From: Welwitschia mirabilis
Taxonomy: Eukaryota
Length of the DNA: 22,056 nt
Direction: 5' to 3'
Assembly (NCBI GenBank): GCA_051453625.1
Contig: JBOZIK010000001.1
Location: 28,460,589-28,482,644 of the forward strand
Positions 10,846-22,054 of the stretch are shown here, in pieces (the stretch's first letter is position 1; every line of letters starts with the position of its first letter). Below the pieces are notes generated by a model that saw only the letters and a program-made list of their open reading frames with translations, had not been told where the DNA came from and searched no databases. Made by a program: the position numbers and the translations under genes.

Positions 10846-12070
10846 TGTTTTGGTGTAAATTTATACAATCTATAAGTCTTTAGGAAAAAACACACACCAG
10901 TATAGATAGGAGTTAACCCAAATGTCATAGTCTGTTGAAGGCACTAAGCTTTAAGTTAGAGAATTAATTTCAAAAAGTATTTTAGTATTTTATCTTTTTA
11001 ATAAATAAAAGTAAACAATAATGCAAATGCAATGCAAGATGAATGATGATGAAATNNNNNNNNNNNNNNNNNNNNNNNNNNNNNNNNNNNNNNNNNNNNN
11101 NNNNNNNNNNNNNNNNNNNNNNNNNNNNNNNNNNNNNNNNNNNNNNNNNNNNNNNNCTTATTCCCAACAAACATAAACTATAAGATATGTTAAACAGAAT
11201 ATGGAAAATGCAAATATGAAATGGAATAAAGGAAATGGAATGCAAACTAAACTAATAAAGTCAACTTTAACAAAGGTTTGTCTTATGATCTAAATAAAGA
11301 GATGTCATTAAACTATAATCAACATAAACCATAAGGAAAATTTACATAATACTAGTAAAAAGAGTATTTGAATTAACCATAAACCTTTACACCCATTTGC
11401 AACAAAGTAGCAATACCTCATTAGAGGATACTTAGCTTAACATTAAGGTAAAATTCTCTTTATAGCTATTGGATGAACCTCTTATCCTTCAATATTCCAT
11501 AATAAGAATATCCAATACAAAAGATGGAAATGGAATTGAAGGAAAGGAAAGGTATCTATATTTTTACATTAAACCTCTAGAAGATCAATTCTAAGAGTTA
11601 GAGAAGAAACCCTAGCAATTCATATGAGTCACATGATCCCATTAGAAAGATAAGTCTTTCCATCTATACAAAAATAGATGTCATCCTAACTACTATGAAG
11701 ATGACAATCGGGATGTCATTCCATGTCAAAAGATAGTTCATTAGCTTTAAGCCTCATAATCAACTCCACCGACTCCATCCATGTTAGCAGTGCTATCATC
11801 CTGATTATTGTGGGGACAACAGAGGGGATGATAGACCTTTCCATCTTTTAGCTCAAAGAAAAATCAGTCTTCCATAAGGTTAATCCTTCCTTTTAAGTAT
11901 CAAGTATTAAAATAAGCCTGATATACCTCCAAATATGCTAAGAATCACATGTTTTTATGAATATCCTATTAGCACTTCATAGTCATCAGAATTGCATCCA
12001 AACTTATATAAATGTCCTATAAAAGTACTCAAAATATGCCATCAGATTTCTATAAATTAGCATTGCAACA
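10846..12070 (-). mobile_element. Solo LTR of an Athila-like Ty3/gypsy family, with 5-bp TSD AATCA
   Basis: Termini TGTT...TGCAACA, flanked by AATCA at 10841-10845 and 12071-12075. Colinear similarity to 15441-15887 and 18859-19621. Confidence 0.85.
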
Positions 12071-12556
12071 AATCATTTCTTCGATTTTTTTCTCAACTTT
12101 ATTCTTCAAACAACTAAACATTGAATGCCCTAAGGACCATATGAAAAAAGGAAGTATATTGCTAAAATCACTAAGAACTATGATAGCCTTAATACCTGCA
12201 TGAAGAGAAGAAATGTGTGCAAGAATCTCTAGTTTTCTTCTTATAACATTTTATCCTTTTCTTTATTTCTTTTAAGAATATCTTTGCATTAGTGTTTTAA
12301 AGTTTTAGTTTTTAATAACATATTTCTTTATTGAATGATATCTGTTGCTGCTTTGTAAGAAAGATTTCATTATTTTTATTTGTGTTATAGAAAATACAAA
12401 ACAAAGAAAGCATTGCAAAAATAAAGAATGGCGAGCTAGGAAAAATTTACACACATTTATTTTTGGTGTGAAATTTGTTTTAGAGAGGTATTTATTTTAC
12501 TTCCTAATTTGTAAAAACCTAAAATGTAAAGCATCTTTAGAGGAAAAAGTGGACAA

Positions 12557-15260
12557 TCAAATGTCTATTCTAATCAAAAAGTCCTCTTGCAGCGCTTCAA
12601 TTCTCTTTGAATCATGGTATTTTTCTTTATAATCTATGCAGTGCATTGTTTTCTTTTTCTTCTTTTTTCATTACTACTAAACATCTCTATTATTCCTAAA
12701 CATGGTTTTTATATTGACTTTAATATCGTCATCATAATTTTAGAAGCCCTTCCATTTCTTACATGAAACATGATTTCTTCTATTCATTTTGTTGATTCCT
12801 TCCATTTATTATTATAAATCTTAANNNNNNNNNNNNNNNNNNNNNNNNNNNNNNNNNNNNNNNNNNNNNNNNNNNNNNNNNNNNNNNNNNNNNNNNNNNN
12901 NNNNNNNNNNNNNNNNNNNNNNNNNNNNNNNNNNNNNNNNNNNNNNNNNNNNNNNNNNNNNNNNNNNNNNNNNNNNNNNNNNNNNNNNNNNCAAGTGCAA
13001 AGGATATAAATCTTACTTCACATAGTGTCACATTATCTAGAAAGAGTCCAACACTGATCTTTATTCCACACTTCTCAAGTAGCTTGATCATTAGTAAGTT
13101 TTGACTTCACAGGGGTAGGAAATAACTCAAGACAATTATACACCGCATGCTTGTCTTGCATTGAGCTCATGTTAAATCTACCTATAGCTATTCTTAGGTA
13201 TTTATAGTACTGTTATTTTTTTGAATGTACTAATATTATCACTCTAAGAGAATTTTTTAATCTTCTCTATCACAAAATTTTCTTGAACCTTATTTCTATT
13301 AAAGAAAATAATTAAAAATGGCAATAACAACATCATTGATATACTAGAGCAAAACCATTAATAAAACAAAAGATAAATTAAGAATAAAAAACCTTGAAAA
13401 TAAGCATAGAAAAGTGGAAACATTTTTAAGAATTTACATTCTACCCTTTTTTAGAAATAATGCTAGAAGATGTAGTTTTATCAGTGTGTCTATGTGCCTA
13501 CAGTTGATCATTGACAACAATTACATGCATCATTAGATAAGTTCTTCTTTCACAGACTCTAATTAACCATATCTCATTATCTACAATGTTGTTAATTCTT
13601 ACACAATAGGAACTAGTGATAGAATATCTACCACATATTGTTGATGGCCTCCATTAACTATCTTTACTTTCAAAACCATCTTAATTTTAAAGTATTACTA
13701 ATAGTATAGCTAAATAAGGATTTTCTTACCTGGTTCTCATATTAATTTCAAGGGTTTCACAAGTATGTCATGAGCTTATTATCGACTAATATATAGATTT
13801 TGGAACTCATTTATATTTGATACCTACTCCTAATTAGTTCTAAAGTAATAAAAAAAAAGATCATGCCCAACCTAAATTGAAAATGTAAAAGAAACCCCTC
13901 TTTTAAATTGCAGTTGTTATTAATGTATATGGTTTCAGAAAATTCAGATAACATACTATAGTATCTAATATAACTATAAGAGAGGTCTGACTATTAGTAA
14001 AAGTCATAGGATTGTCATACCTTCTTTCTATTTCTAAAGAACTTAAACATTACTTAGTATTTTTTGAAATATTCAAATTCCTATAGTAGCACTTAAAAAT
14101 TATATGATTCTCAGGCAGTGCAATGATATAGTACTTTTATTATTTATGAGAAATAAGAAAAAACAACATAATAATCATAGTAAAATAGAAAAAAAATTTT
14201 CAATAATATTTTTTACAAGTCTATTTTTCATACACGTCTCTATTCTCAACATGGATTTCACACATTTGTAGAATAAAACATGGCATCCAAATAAGCAACT
14301 CAAGGATGTAGATTGTTATAAGGAATTTAATTAATAAAAGATGTCTTTTTAACATATCTTAATCTAGTTTAGTCAAGAATTATCTATGGTAGTTCTAATT
14401 GTGATAGCTTACTAGCACCTTTGTAAAACTCATTAGGACCATTTACCTAAAGATTTTGGAAAGGAATGAGATTTTAATACTACTAAAAAATGTAAATATT
14501 AGAAGCAAAAAAGAAAGTATTCAAAGAAAGGAAGGAAGAGTGATCAAAGTTAGGAAGCGAACAATAGAGTTGTCAAAGAAAGAAGAGGATTTAGGCATAG
14601 CCATCTTAGGGACATGCCACAAGTTCCACTTAGTTACATTTGCTTCTAATGGAAAAAAGGATGAATTATCATTATTTATGTATAAACAACAAAATTCTCA
14701 CAATGGTCAATGTTTTTCTTAACTATGCTTATGTGATTTTTATTAACATAGATTTGAGAGTTATCTTTATAATGTGGACTACTTTCTACATAGATACTTC
14801 CAACTTTTGCATTTGGATAGAAATTGCCTTATCTTGAAGTCATCCAATTATCTTTAGAATAGATTATTTAACTTCTTTTCTTCCTTTCTCTTGAAATTTA
14901 ATCATGAATATATAATGATTTAGAAGAAACATGATCAGCTAAAGAATTCTTCACACTTGTTTCTTTCGCATATGCATTCAAAGATGCATTGTTCAAAAGT
15001 TTTACATCATCTTTACATTCTAGTAATTGTGAATGAATCACATCATTTTGTTTAACTGTATTGGCATTTGCATTCTTATTGAATCCATTAAGGTGTAAAT
15101 TCCCTTACTCTGAATATTGCTTCTTTTAGTTTTTACTAGTTTCTTGACCTTCATTCTATGTTGTAATTGATATGCACTCATATCCTTTATTTCTTGACAT
15201 TACATCCTTATTTTTTTGCTTAATATTCTATTATGTGTAATCAAATTTACGAAGCTTACA
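12557..15260 (-). pseudogene. Decayed multi-exon coding remnant, possibly the CACTA second (TnpA-like) ORF
   Basis: Minus frame at ~15150-14830 reads QETSKN*KKQYSE*GNLHLNGFNKNANANTVKQNDVIHSQLLECKDDVKLLNNASLNAYAKETSVKNSLADHVSSKS, with stops mainly TAA. Other fragments: FNMSSMQDKHAVYNCL (~13180) and HCIDYKEKYHDSKRIEALQEDFLIRIDI* (~12560). Minus-strand GTAAG donors at 13012-13016 and 13725-13729. The product assignment is positional inference only. Confidence 0.35.
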
Positions 15261-15440
15261 AATATCCTGTCATCAAATGAAACTTACTTCTAGCTATGAT
15301 TTTTCTAAGTGCTTTAGTATTAGATAGAAAAAGTAGAAGAAAACTAATAATAATATGAATGAAAAAGTATTTAGTCCTCAAATTAATTAGATTATCCAAA
15401 CATTATTTGAAGAGAATTGGAAGAGTTATCCTTATAAAAA

Positions 15441-15887
15441 TGTTGCAGTGTGAGTTTATACAATATAGAAATCCTTTAATTACCCTGTAAATCATGTATA
15501 TTGCAGAAAACACAATCTAGTATGGATGGGAGTTCACTCAAATGTCATAATCCAATGAAGGCATTAGGCTTAGAGTTAGAGAATTAAGTTTACTAATGTA
15601 TTTTAGTCCTTTTATCTTTATAAAAAATTAAAATAAATAACTTAAGTAAATGCAATGCTTAAGTAGAAATGAGATGAAAGTAAATGGGAATGGAATGCAA
15701 ATGTAATGGAAATGAAATAGAAATGGAAGTGAAAATAGATCCTACTTAGATCCTAGTATTTCTATCACAAAGACTACTTCTCTATAACTTATATCAAAGA
15801 AAAAGAGTGTTCACTATTTCATAATCATTATAAACTATGAGATCTACACAAGTAAGACTTGAAATACAATATGAAAAGAAAGAAATA
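15441..15887 (-). repeat. U5-side part of the Athila-like 3' LTR
   Basis: Begins TGTTGCA. agtatggatgggagttcactcaaatgtcata..gaaggcattaggcttagagttagagaattaa matches 10899-10967, and its end matches ~11175-11225. Confidence 0.8.
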
Positions 15888-15987
15888 NNNNNNNNNNNNN
15901 NNNNNNNNNNNNNNNNNNNNNNNNNNNNNNNNNNNNNNNNNNNNNNNNNNNNNNNNNNNNNNNNNNNNNNNNNNNNNNNNNNNNNNN

Positions 15988-16920
15988 GAAAGATGAATTT
16001 CAAAGTTTGACTGTCATTTCTTCTTGCGATTGTGATCTCCTCTATGTATTTGTGGTGCTCCTCATCATTATGCATTCTTCTAGGCGCTTGTCCCTTCAGA
16101 TCTAATCTGTCATTGCATGTGCTAGTCTCTCGCTATTTTGTTCTATATGTGACATCGTCCTCCTCTAGCATTTTGGCTTCAGATCACTCTCTGTCGTTCT
16201 TGGGTTCTATGCGGGCGTTTCTTTGATCAGTGTTTGTGTGTTTTCTGATCCGCCCCTGGTTCTCTGTCTACTGTTCTGATGTTGTTGCTCTGTGATTTCC
16301 AGCGTTCTCTCTTGCTATCGTTGGTATCCTCTATCCTGCACTGATTCACCCCCTGTGTTCGTCGTTCTTCATTGATGCGTATCTTTGATGCGCCATCGGC
16401 TTCTGCATTTTTGCATTTCCCTTCTGTGTCATCATCTGTTCCTAGCATTCCATTTTTTTTTTCTTTTTTTTTTTGTGTTGCTCTCTTTTTCTCCTGCATT
16501 TCGTTCTACTTTTGCCTGTGTTTTACCTTGCGATTCCTCACTTTGGTCTTGGGCGTGCCGAATCCTATCTGCGTTGTGGTGCGTTTCCACTGGTCTTTCC
16601 ACTCTAGATTACGTCTATGCTCTGTGTCACTATTCTGGCATTTCTACAATGTCCCTTTTTGATCTCTCGTCATTTCTATGCGATGCCTCCCACACCTGTG
16701 CCCTGGTCGTCCCCCCTTTGTCTGCATTATTTCTGTGTATTATCTTCTGGCTATTGTTTGATCTCCTGTGTATCAACCTCTATTCGCTTCTGTATCTGCC
16801 TCTCCGTGATTTGGTGTCCTTCGGATTTTTTATCCGTCATTTTTTTGCATCTTTCCTCATATGATGCCTGTTATTGATTGCACATACCTCTTTCTGCCTT
16901 TTCTATTCTTAGATGTCGTT
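15988..16920. other. Adenine-depleted, pyrimidine-rich low-complexity segment next to a 100-N gap
   Basis: Only 4 A in the 60 bases 16201-16260, and AA dinucleotides are nearly absent. The overlapping ORFs arise because stop codons need A. Confidence 0.75.
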
Positions 16921-16959
16921 TTTCTATTTATTTGGATTAAAATGCTAGTCATGAATTAT

Positions 16960-18416
16960 TTTAGAATCGCCACACTGCATTTTCTCTAGAAATAACTATG
17001 GCAGTTTTAATAGTGGCCTCCCTTGATACCTTGAATATTGAGTTTCAAGCCCTCCGTCCATCTGTCACATACAGACATAACGAAAGCGGATCACCGGCAT
17101 GCTTTTATACAATGTCCAAATTTTCCAGCATCACTCATCTTCATTATTTCTACTGAATCAGAGAGCTGGCGAACTTCTTCCGAGGAAGAAATAAAGAAGC
17201 ACAGGAAGAAAGAGTTAATTATGCAGAGACAAAAGCAGCAGGGAAGTTCCATTCTAAAGAAAGAAGCGAATGATAATCAACGTACTTCTACTATGAAGAT
17301 TGGCATTCAATACACTTACTTCCAATTTTCATATCAGAGATCTGGCACTACCAATTTCTTTGGGTGGATAATATGCTTATCATGTAAATATGCCATTCTT
17401 TGGTGAAATCATTTTTGGCTTTAATTTCAATTGATGTTCAGGATGGTTTTGTCTTTAGTATGTCAAGTTTGTCTCCGTATGTGTTCTGCAATGTTCAAGC
17501 TGAGTATTTGGAAGGTCATACTGCATATTGATTTTGTTGTAGCCGTGCCGCCAATCCAGAGAAATGGCCATTGAAAATACAATTAATAGATAAACGATGT
17601 CTGCAATTAAAAATATATTGGCAAGTAAAGGATGCCTGCAATATTAGCTGAGCTTTATCTATCCTCATAAACATATCGGAAATTAAGTCAATTCCAAAAT
17701 ATTAGCCATTTATGGTAAGACTTTCTTTCCTATAAATTATTAAGTTGTGTGGATTGGTCCATTCAGAACTGGAGCATAGATTTACATTGGATGGTTCCTT
17801 CTACAGCTCATATCATACTCTTAATTTGGCTTCAAAAGCTTGAGAGAAGGCTTTCCCTTTCATTCTCGATCACGAAACCGCAAGTGTTGTCTAGAGTATC
17901 AGCAAGGGCGCGTTCCATCTGAAACAGGACTCTGTCCTGTCCATCTTCACTAGCGAGTGCAACGAATATAGATACTACAGTTCCAAGGATAGCAACATGT
18001 GCTATCAGCTGCGTCTTGCCCCCAATAGAGACGTCGTGTTTGTCCATGGTGAGTCTAGATTCTCCATCGACTGCACACCCATTACGCACTTCCTCTAATC
18101 TTTAACCAATACACTATCGTGCATGATGGCTGTTTCAGACCTCATAATGGGCACCATGAAAGCAGAAGAAGAAGTGCAGTTACAGGGAAGACTGCCGGAA
18201 AATGACTGGACCTGATGAGTGATTGCAGTCACAAACGTCTGTGAAAAAGCTTTCGTTTTCTCATTAGATGAAGTTGCAGGGAGACAGTCCATTTTGTTGT
18301 CCTGGAACTTATTGTATTGACTCCCGTGACTTGAATACTATCATAGAGCACTTTCATTTATTAAATAAAAAGTGCAATGCTGTGACGTGGACTAGGAACG
18401 CCCGCATTGGACCTTA
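16960..18416. pseudogene. Gene-like, CpG-retaining, frameshifted segment of unknown product
   Basis: Higher GC and about 20 CpG in 17820-18410. Plus-strand intron-like G|GTAAGA (17715)...TTCTACAG (17806) and TTCAG| (~17440). Short broken frames on both strands; no family recognised. Confidence 0.35.
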
Positions 18417-18441
18417 GTAAAACAAATTTCCTTGTAATAAA

Positions 18442-18466
18442 TACTCTCTCAGTTTCATAAAATAAT
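18442..18466 (+). mobile_element. Possible single Stowaway (Tc1/mariner MITE) TIR remnant
   Basis: TA|CTCTCTCAGTTTCATAAAATA resembles the TA|CTCCCTCCGTTTCA.AATA consensus; no matching second TIR nearby. Confidence 0.35.
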
Positions 18467-18858
18467 TTAGACTCAACTATCCAGAGTTCATAGACAAAGG
18501 TTTTCTAGAAAGCATAATAAGCATTTTGACAAGTACATTACTAGAATCTGACAGAAGAAAGTAATTCTCAAAAAATATACTTATCCATGCAACTACAAAT
18601 ACTTTAATGAAGTTTTGATGTAAAGAATTTGAATTATTCTTTATTTACTTTTTGTGCATTTCATGATGCACATTCAAGGAACTGCAAAATCATCAAAGAG
18701 GCAAAAATCAAATTAGCTTCATGTAGGCTAAAAGACATCATTCTATTTGATTTCATATTTTATAGTTTTAGAACATTTGATAAAACGATGATGTCCTTCT
18801 TACTAAATTATGAACATCTTATTAAATAATAAAATAATTAAAAAATTATTTATGTACA

Positions 18859-19621
18859 CTTATGATCTAAATAAATCAAAGCTTGTTACTAACTCAGATC
18901 AACTTATATCATAAGGAAGATGCACAATAATGAGATGAAGGAAGAAATTGTATTAATCTAATGAAATCAGAATAACATCCACTTGTAACATCAAAATAAC
19001 AACACCTCAATGAGAGGGACATATCCTAACACTAAGGAAACTCCTTTTTGTAGCATGGGATGAACCTCTCACCCTTTAAACTTTTCTCACAAGTATCTGG
19101 TACAAAGGATGAGATGGAAATAAAGGAGGAGAAGGATATTTATATATTTTCCATTAAGGAAATTGAAGGCAAAATCCTAAAGGCGGGAAATAGAGATCCT
19201 AGCAACTAACATGGGTTTTTTGACCTCATTTACAATGAAATTTATTGCTATAGTGTAAAAATAGTTGTCATCCTATCTATCGTCCACATGACAGAGAGGA
19301 CAACGCCACCTTAACAACTTTGAATTGTGTGCCATGTGTGGCCATTAGTCTAGTCGTCCTGTGTGTCATGAGGATGATGGAAGGAACAACTCCCTTCTTC
19401 TTCTCTTTTCTCCAAGATAAATCAGGTTTTGTATTATAAACTCCTTCCTCCAATCCTACAGTATCAGAATAAGACCAAAAAGGTGCCAATAATGCCAAAT
19501 ATCACATGTTCTGCTGATCATCATATCAGATCCTCATAGTCATCAGTATTACATTAAAACCTATATGAATGTCCTACAAAAGTACTCAAAATACACTATC
19601 AAATTCCCACAAATTGACATT
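18859..19621 (-). repeat. U3/R part of the Athila-like 3' LTR
   Basis: cttatgatctaaataaa (18859) equals 11282. Colinear to 12064, including aatgtccta.aaaagtactcaaaata. Minus-strand TATA at 19137-19146. The terminal GCAACA is missing. Confidence 0.85.
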
Positions 19622-19743
19622 AATTAGATTGTGAGCCAATTTATTTAAGATAAAAATAATGCCTATAAAATGTAAATTGAGTCCATGGAAAAATGATATC
19701 ATCAATAGGTAATTAATACAAGTACTAAAAAATTTTTCTTGAG

Positions 19744-19758
19744 CCCCCCCTACTTAAG
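19744..19758 (-). promoter_or_regulatory. PPT-like tract (CTTAAGTAGGGGGGG on minus)
   Basis: Resembles the Athila TAAGTNTGGGGG tracts, but lies ~120 bp from the LTR, so it is probably the internal copy. Confidence 0.5.
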
Positions 19759-21470
19759 CATGTTACTACAAAATGAATACACATATAAAAATCATAAATT
19801 AAAAATTGATGGCTCATAAAAGTAAATTTGTATAGGCATAATATAAAACAAAAACAATGGACCATCATGATAGCTTAAGAAGTTTCTATATTACATAATT
19901 CAAGTGATCACATTAGTAGCATCAACAAGGCAAGGAACAACAATAGTAAATAAAACATAATTCAAGTGATCAGAAAGACATGGCTATAGAAAACATGTGT
20001 GAGTACTGCTGGTTCCTGCATGATAAAGTGCATGAATTCTCTAAAAATTTTATTTGATTTACATGAAGAACTCATTCAAAATAACTCAACCAAAATTAGA
20101 TCATAAAAGCTCAGAATTGGGAAAAACTTTTTGTGCTGATCATAATAGATTAACACCCAAAAAGGTATTCTACTCCCCCCATAGGAGAAGTAAGATGCCC
20201 CGAATTGTAACCTAAATAAAAAAGGAGTGTCATTCCCTTTGTCATGAGGATGACTGAGGAGGATGATAGACTCTAAAATAACTAATAGAGATGAGACCTA
20301 AAAAGGTCAGAAAATTAGAAAATGTAGGAATACAATGAAAAGAAGAGAGCGACCTGCAAAATAAAGAGCCTAAAAGGTAAATACATCATGGAGAAGTAAA
20401 AAATGATTATAGAGAAAAACGCACCAATGAAAAATACTACTCAAAGATGCCTCAAATCTGCTCATATGCATGGAAAGCTAGAACTCATTAGATCAAGGAA
20501 GCCTATCAGAAAGGAACAACCATCCTCAAAAGAACATCATAAAAAACTAGAAAATGATTAGGGTCATAATAGCATGCTAAAAAAGTATGAGGAAATAACT
20601 TTGAAAATTTCAACAGAACAACTAAGAAAAACAAGATGAAAATGGACAATTAGAAACATGAAGAAGATTGCTCGATTACCTTAAATACTAACTTAACAAA
20701 TTCCTATAGAAAAAATTATAAAATAACTTAATTAATGATGCATGACATAATGTAGAAATTCATAAAGTTTCACTCACTTGGAACATGATTATGATAATGT
20801 CAAGTATGCTAATGTTATTAAACAATAAATGATAAGATAAAAAGATGTTAAAAAACATGGACTTATAAGATACCATTTCAAAAGAAACACTAAAATCCAA
20901 AAAGTAAGTGATTATGTGGAAGTAATGGAGATAAATAACTAAAGAAAAGTGATTTATTATGTTCATGATAAGGGGAGTACAATGACTATCAGAGGAATAA
21001 GGACCCACACAACATGGCTGAGTAACCCCCTAGTGGAGTTCCCATAGCTAACATATCACACTGCCAAAGGTCTTTCTTGAGGAATATTTGCATTGGTACA
21101 TTTATGGTAGGACATTATGAATATCATGTATGTACAGATATAACATAAGAAAGCATGATAGGTATTTCCTTCTAATTTACTTATAAGGATAAAAGTGAAG
21201 AAATGAGATGAGTAACAAAATAAGATCCTCCAGCAACAACTAATTTACTTACATCATTGAAAGACAATAAAAGAATCAAGACATCTTCCTTCTAAATGAA
21301 GTTCATAGATATGCGAATGTCTGAAAATTAGATTAAGCCAATTTTTATCATTATAAATGCCTAAAGTAAAATATTACTTATCTTGAAAATATTATAAGTA
21401 AATATAGATGTCAAGTTAAAGATGTTAAAGTTAACATGATGTTGACTAAATAAATGAGTTAAGAAAGAAT

Positions 21471-22054
21471 TTAGATAATGGAAAAAGGAATGTCCTCCTC
21501 TTGAAGAGGGCCTTCTAAAACAAGTGCTTCTATCATGTCCAAGATTTCATCAGAAAATGACTAGTAAAGTGTTAACCTTTGTTCATTAACTTTTTGGATT
21601 TTTTAGTGTTTAGATCAGAAATTTTAACTGAGCCATTTGAGTATACTTTTTTGATAAGATAAGGGCCTAACCATTTAGAAGTTAAGTTGTTGTGTAGAAG
21701 GCGTACTCGAGTGTTATACAATAAGACAAATTTTCTAGGTTTAAACTATTTATAAATAATGTTTTTATCATGTCAAAACTTGGCTTGAGTCTTATGAATA
21801 AGTTAATAATGTGGGGCATGAGTACATTTTTCATCTAGACAGTTGAGTTGGCTTAAACAAATTTTAAGATTTTCATTCAAGTCAATGAGGTTCAGTTGAT
21901 GGATGGAATGATAAAAATTATAGCAAACATTAACTAGTAAAATACACACTTTACTGTACACAAGTTCATAGGGTAAAGAACTAAGAGAGTTATGCCAAGT
22001 GATATAATAAGCCCAAAGAACATCATTAAGTTTAGAGAACTAAGCCATCTTATT
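21471..22054 (-). pseudogene. Athila-type integrase C-terminal region (degenerate)
   Basis: *FSKLNDVLWAYYITWHNSLSSLPYELVYSKVCILLV...LSQLNCLDE...KF*HDKNIIYK*FKPRKFVLLYNTRVRLLHNNLTSKWLGPYLIKKVYSNGSVKI...(frameshift)KVNEQRL matches the Athila pattern WS.KLDDALWAYR..PY.LVYGK.C.LPV..QLNELDE..WHDK..F.PG..VLLFNSR..W.GP(F/Y)..KVNGQRL. Confidence 0.92.

Noticed and set aside
12041..12064. LTR boundary at ATCA (12044; equivalent ~19601) with a GGGAATT PPT
   Set aside because: No TSD at that boundary, whereas 12070 gives both the AATCA TSD and the terminal inverted repeat.
16400..16660. A-poor segment as an inverted copy of the adjacent LTR
   Set aside because: Only short GCATTT/CATTCCATTT matches; no sustained colinearity by eye.
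16032..16877. Five overlapping ORFs up to 159 aa
   Set aside because: A by-product of adenine depletion removing stop codons; low-complexity F/L/S/C or K/E/R composition.
10846..19621. The two gypsy LTRs as the ends of one element
   Set aside because: The first has its own TSD, the copies are too diverged, and no PBS or gag-pol lies between them.
20971..20979. AGGGGAGTA as the partner Stowaway TIR of 18444
   Set aside because: 2.5 kb away inside gypsy sequence, and the similarity does not extend.
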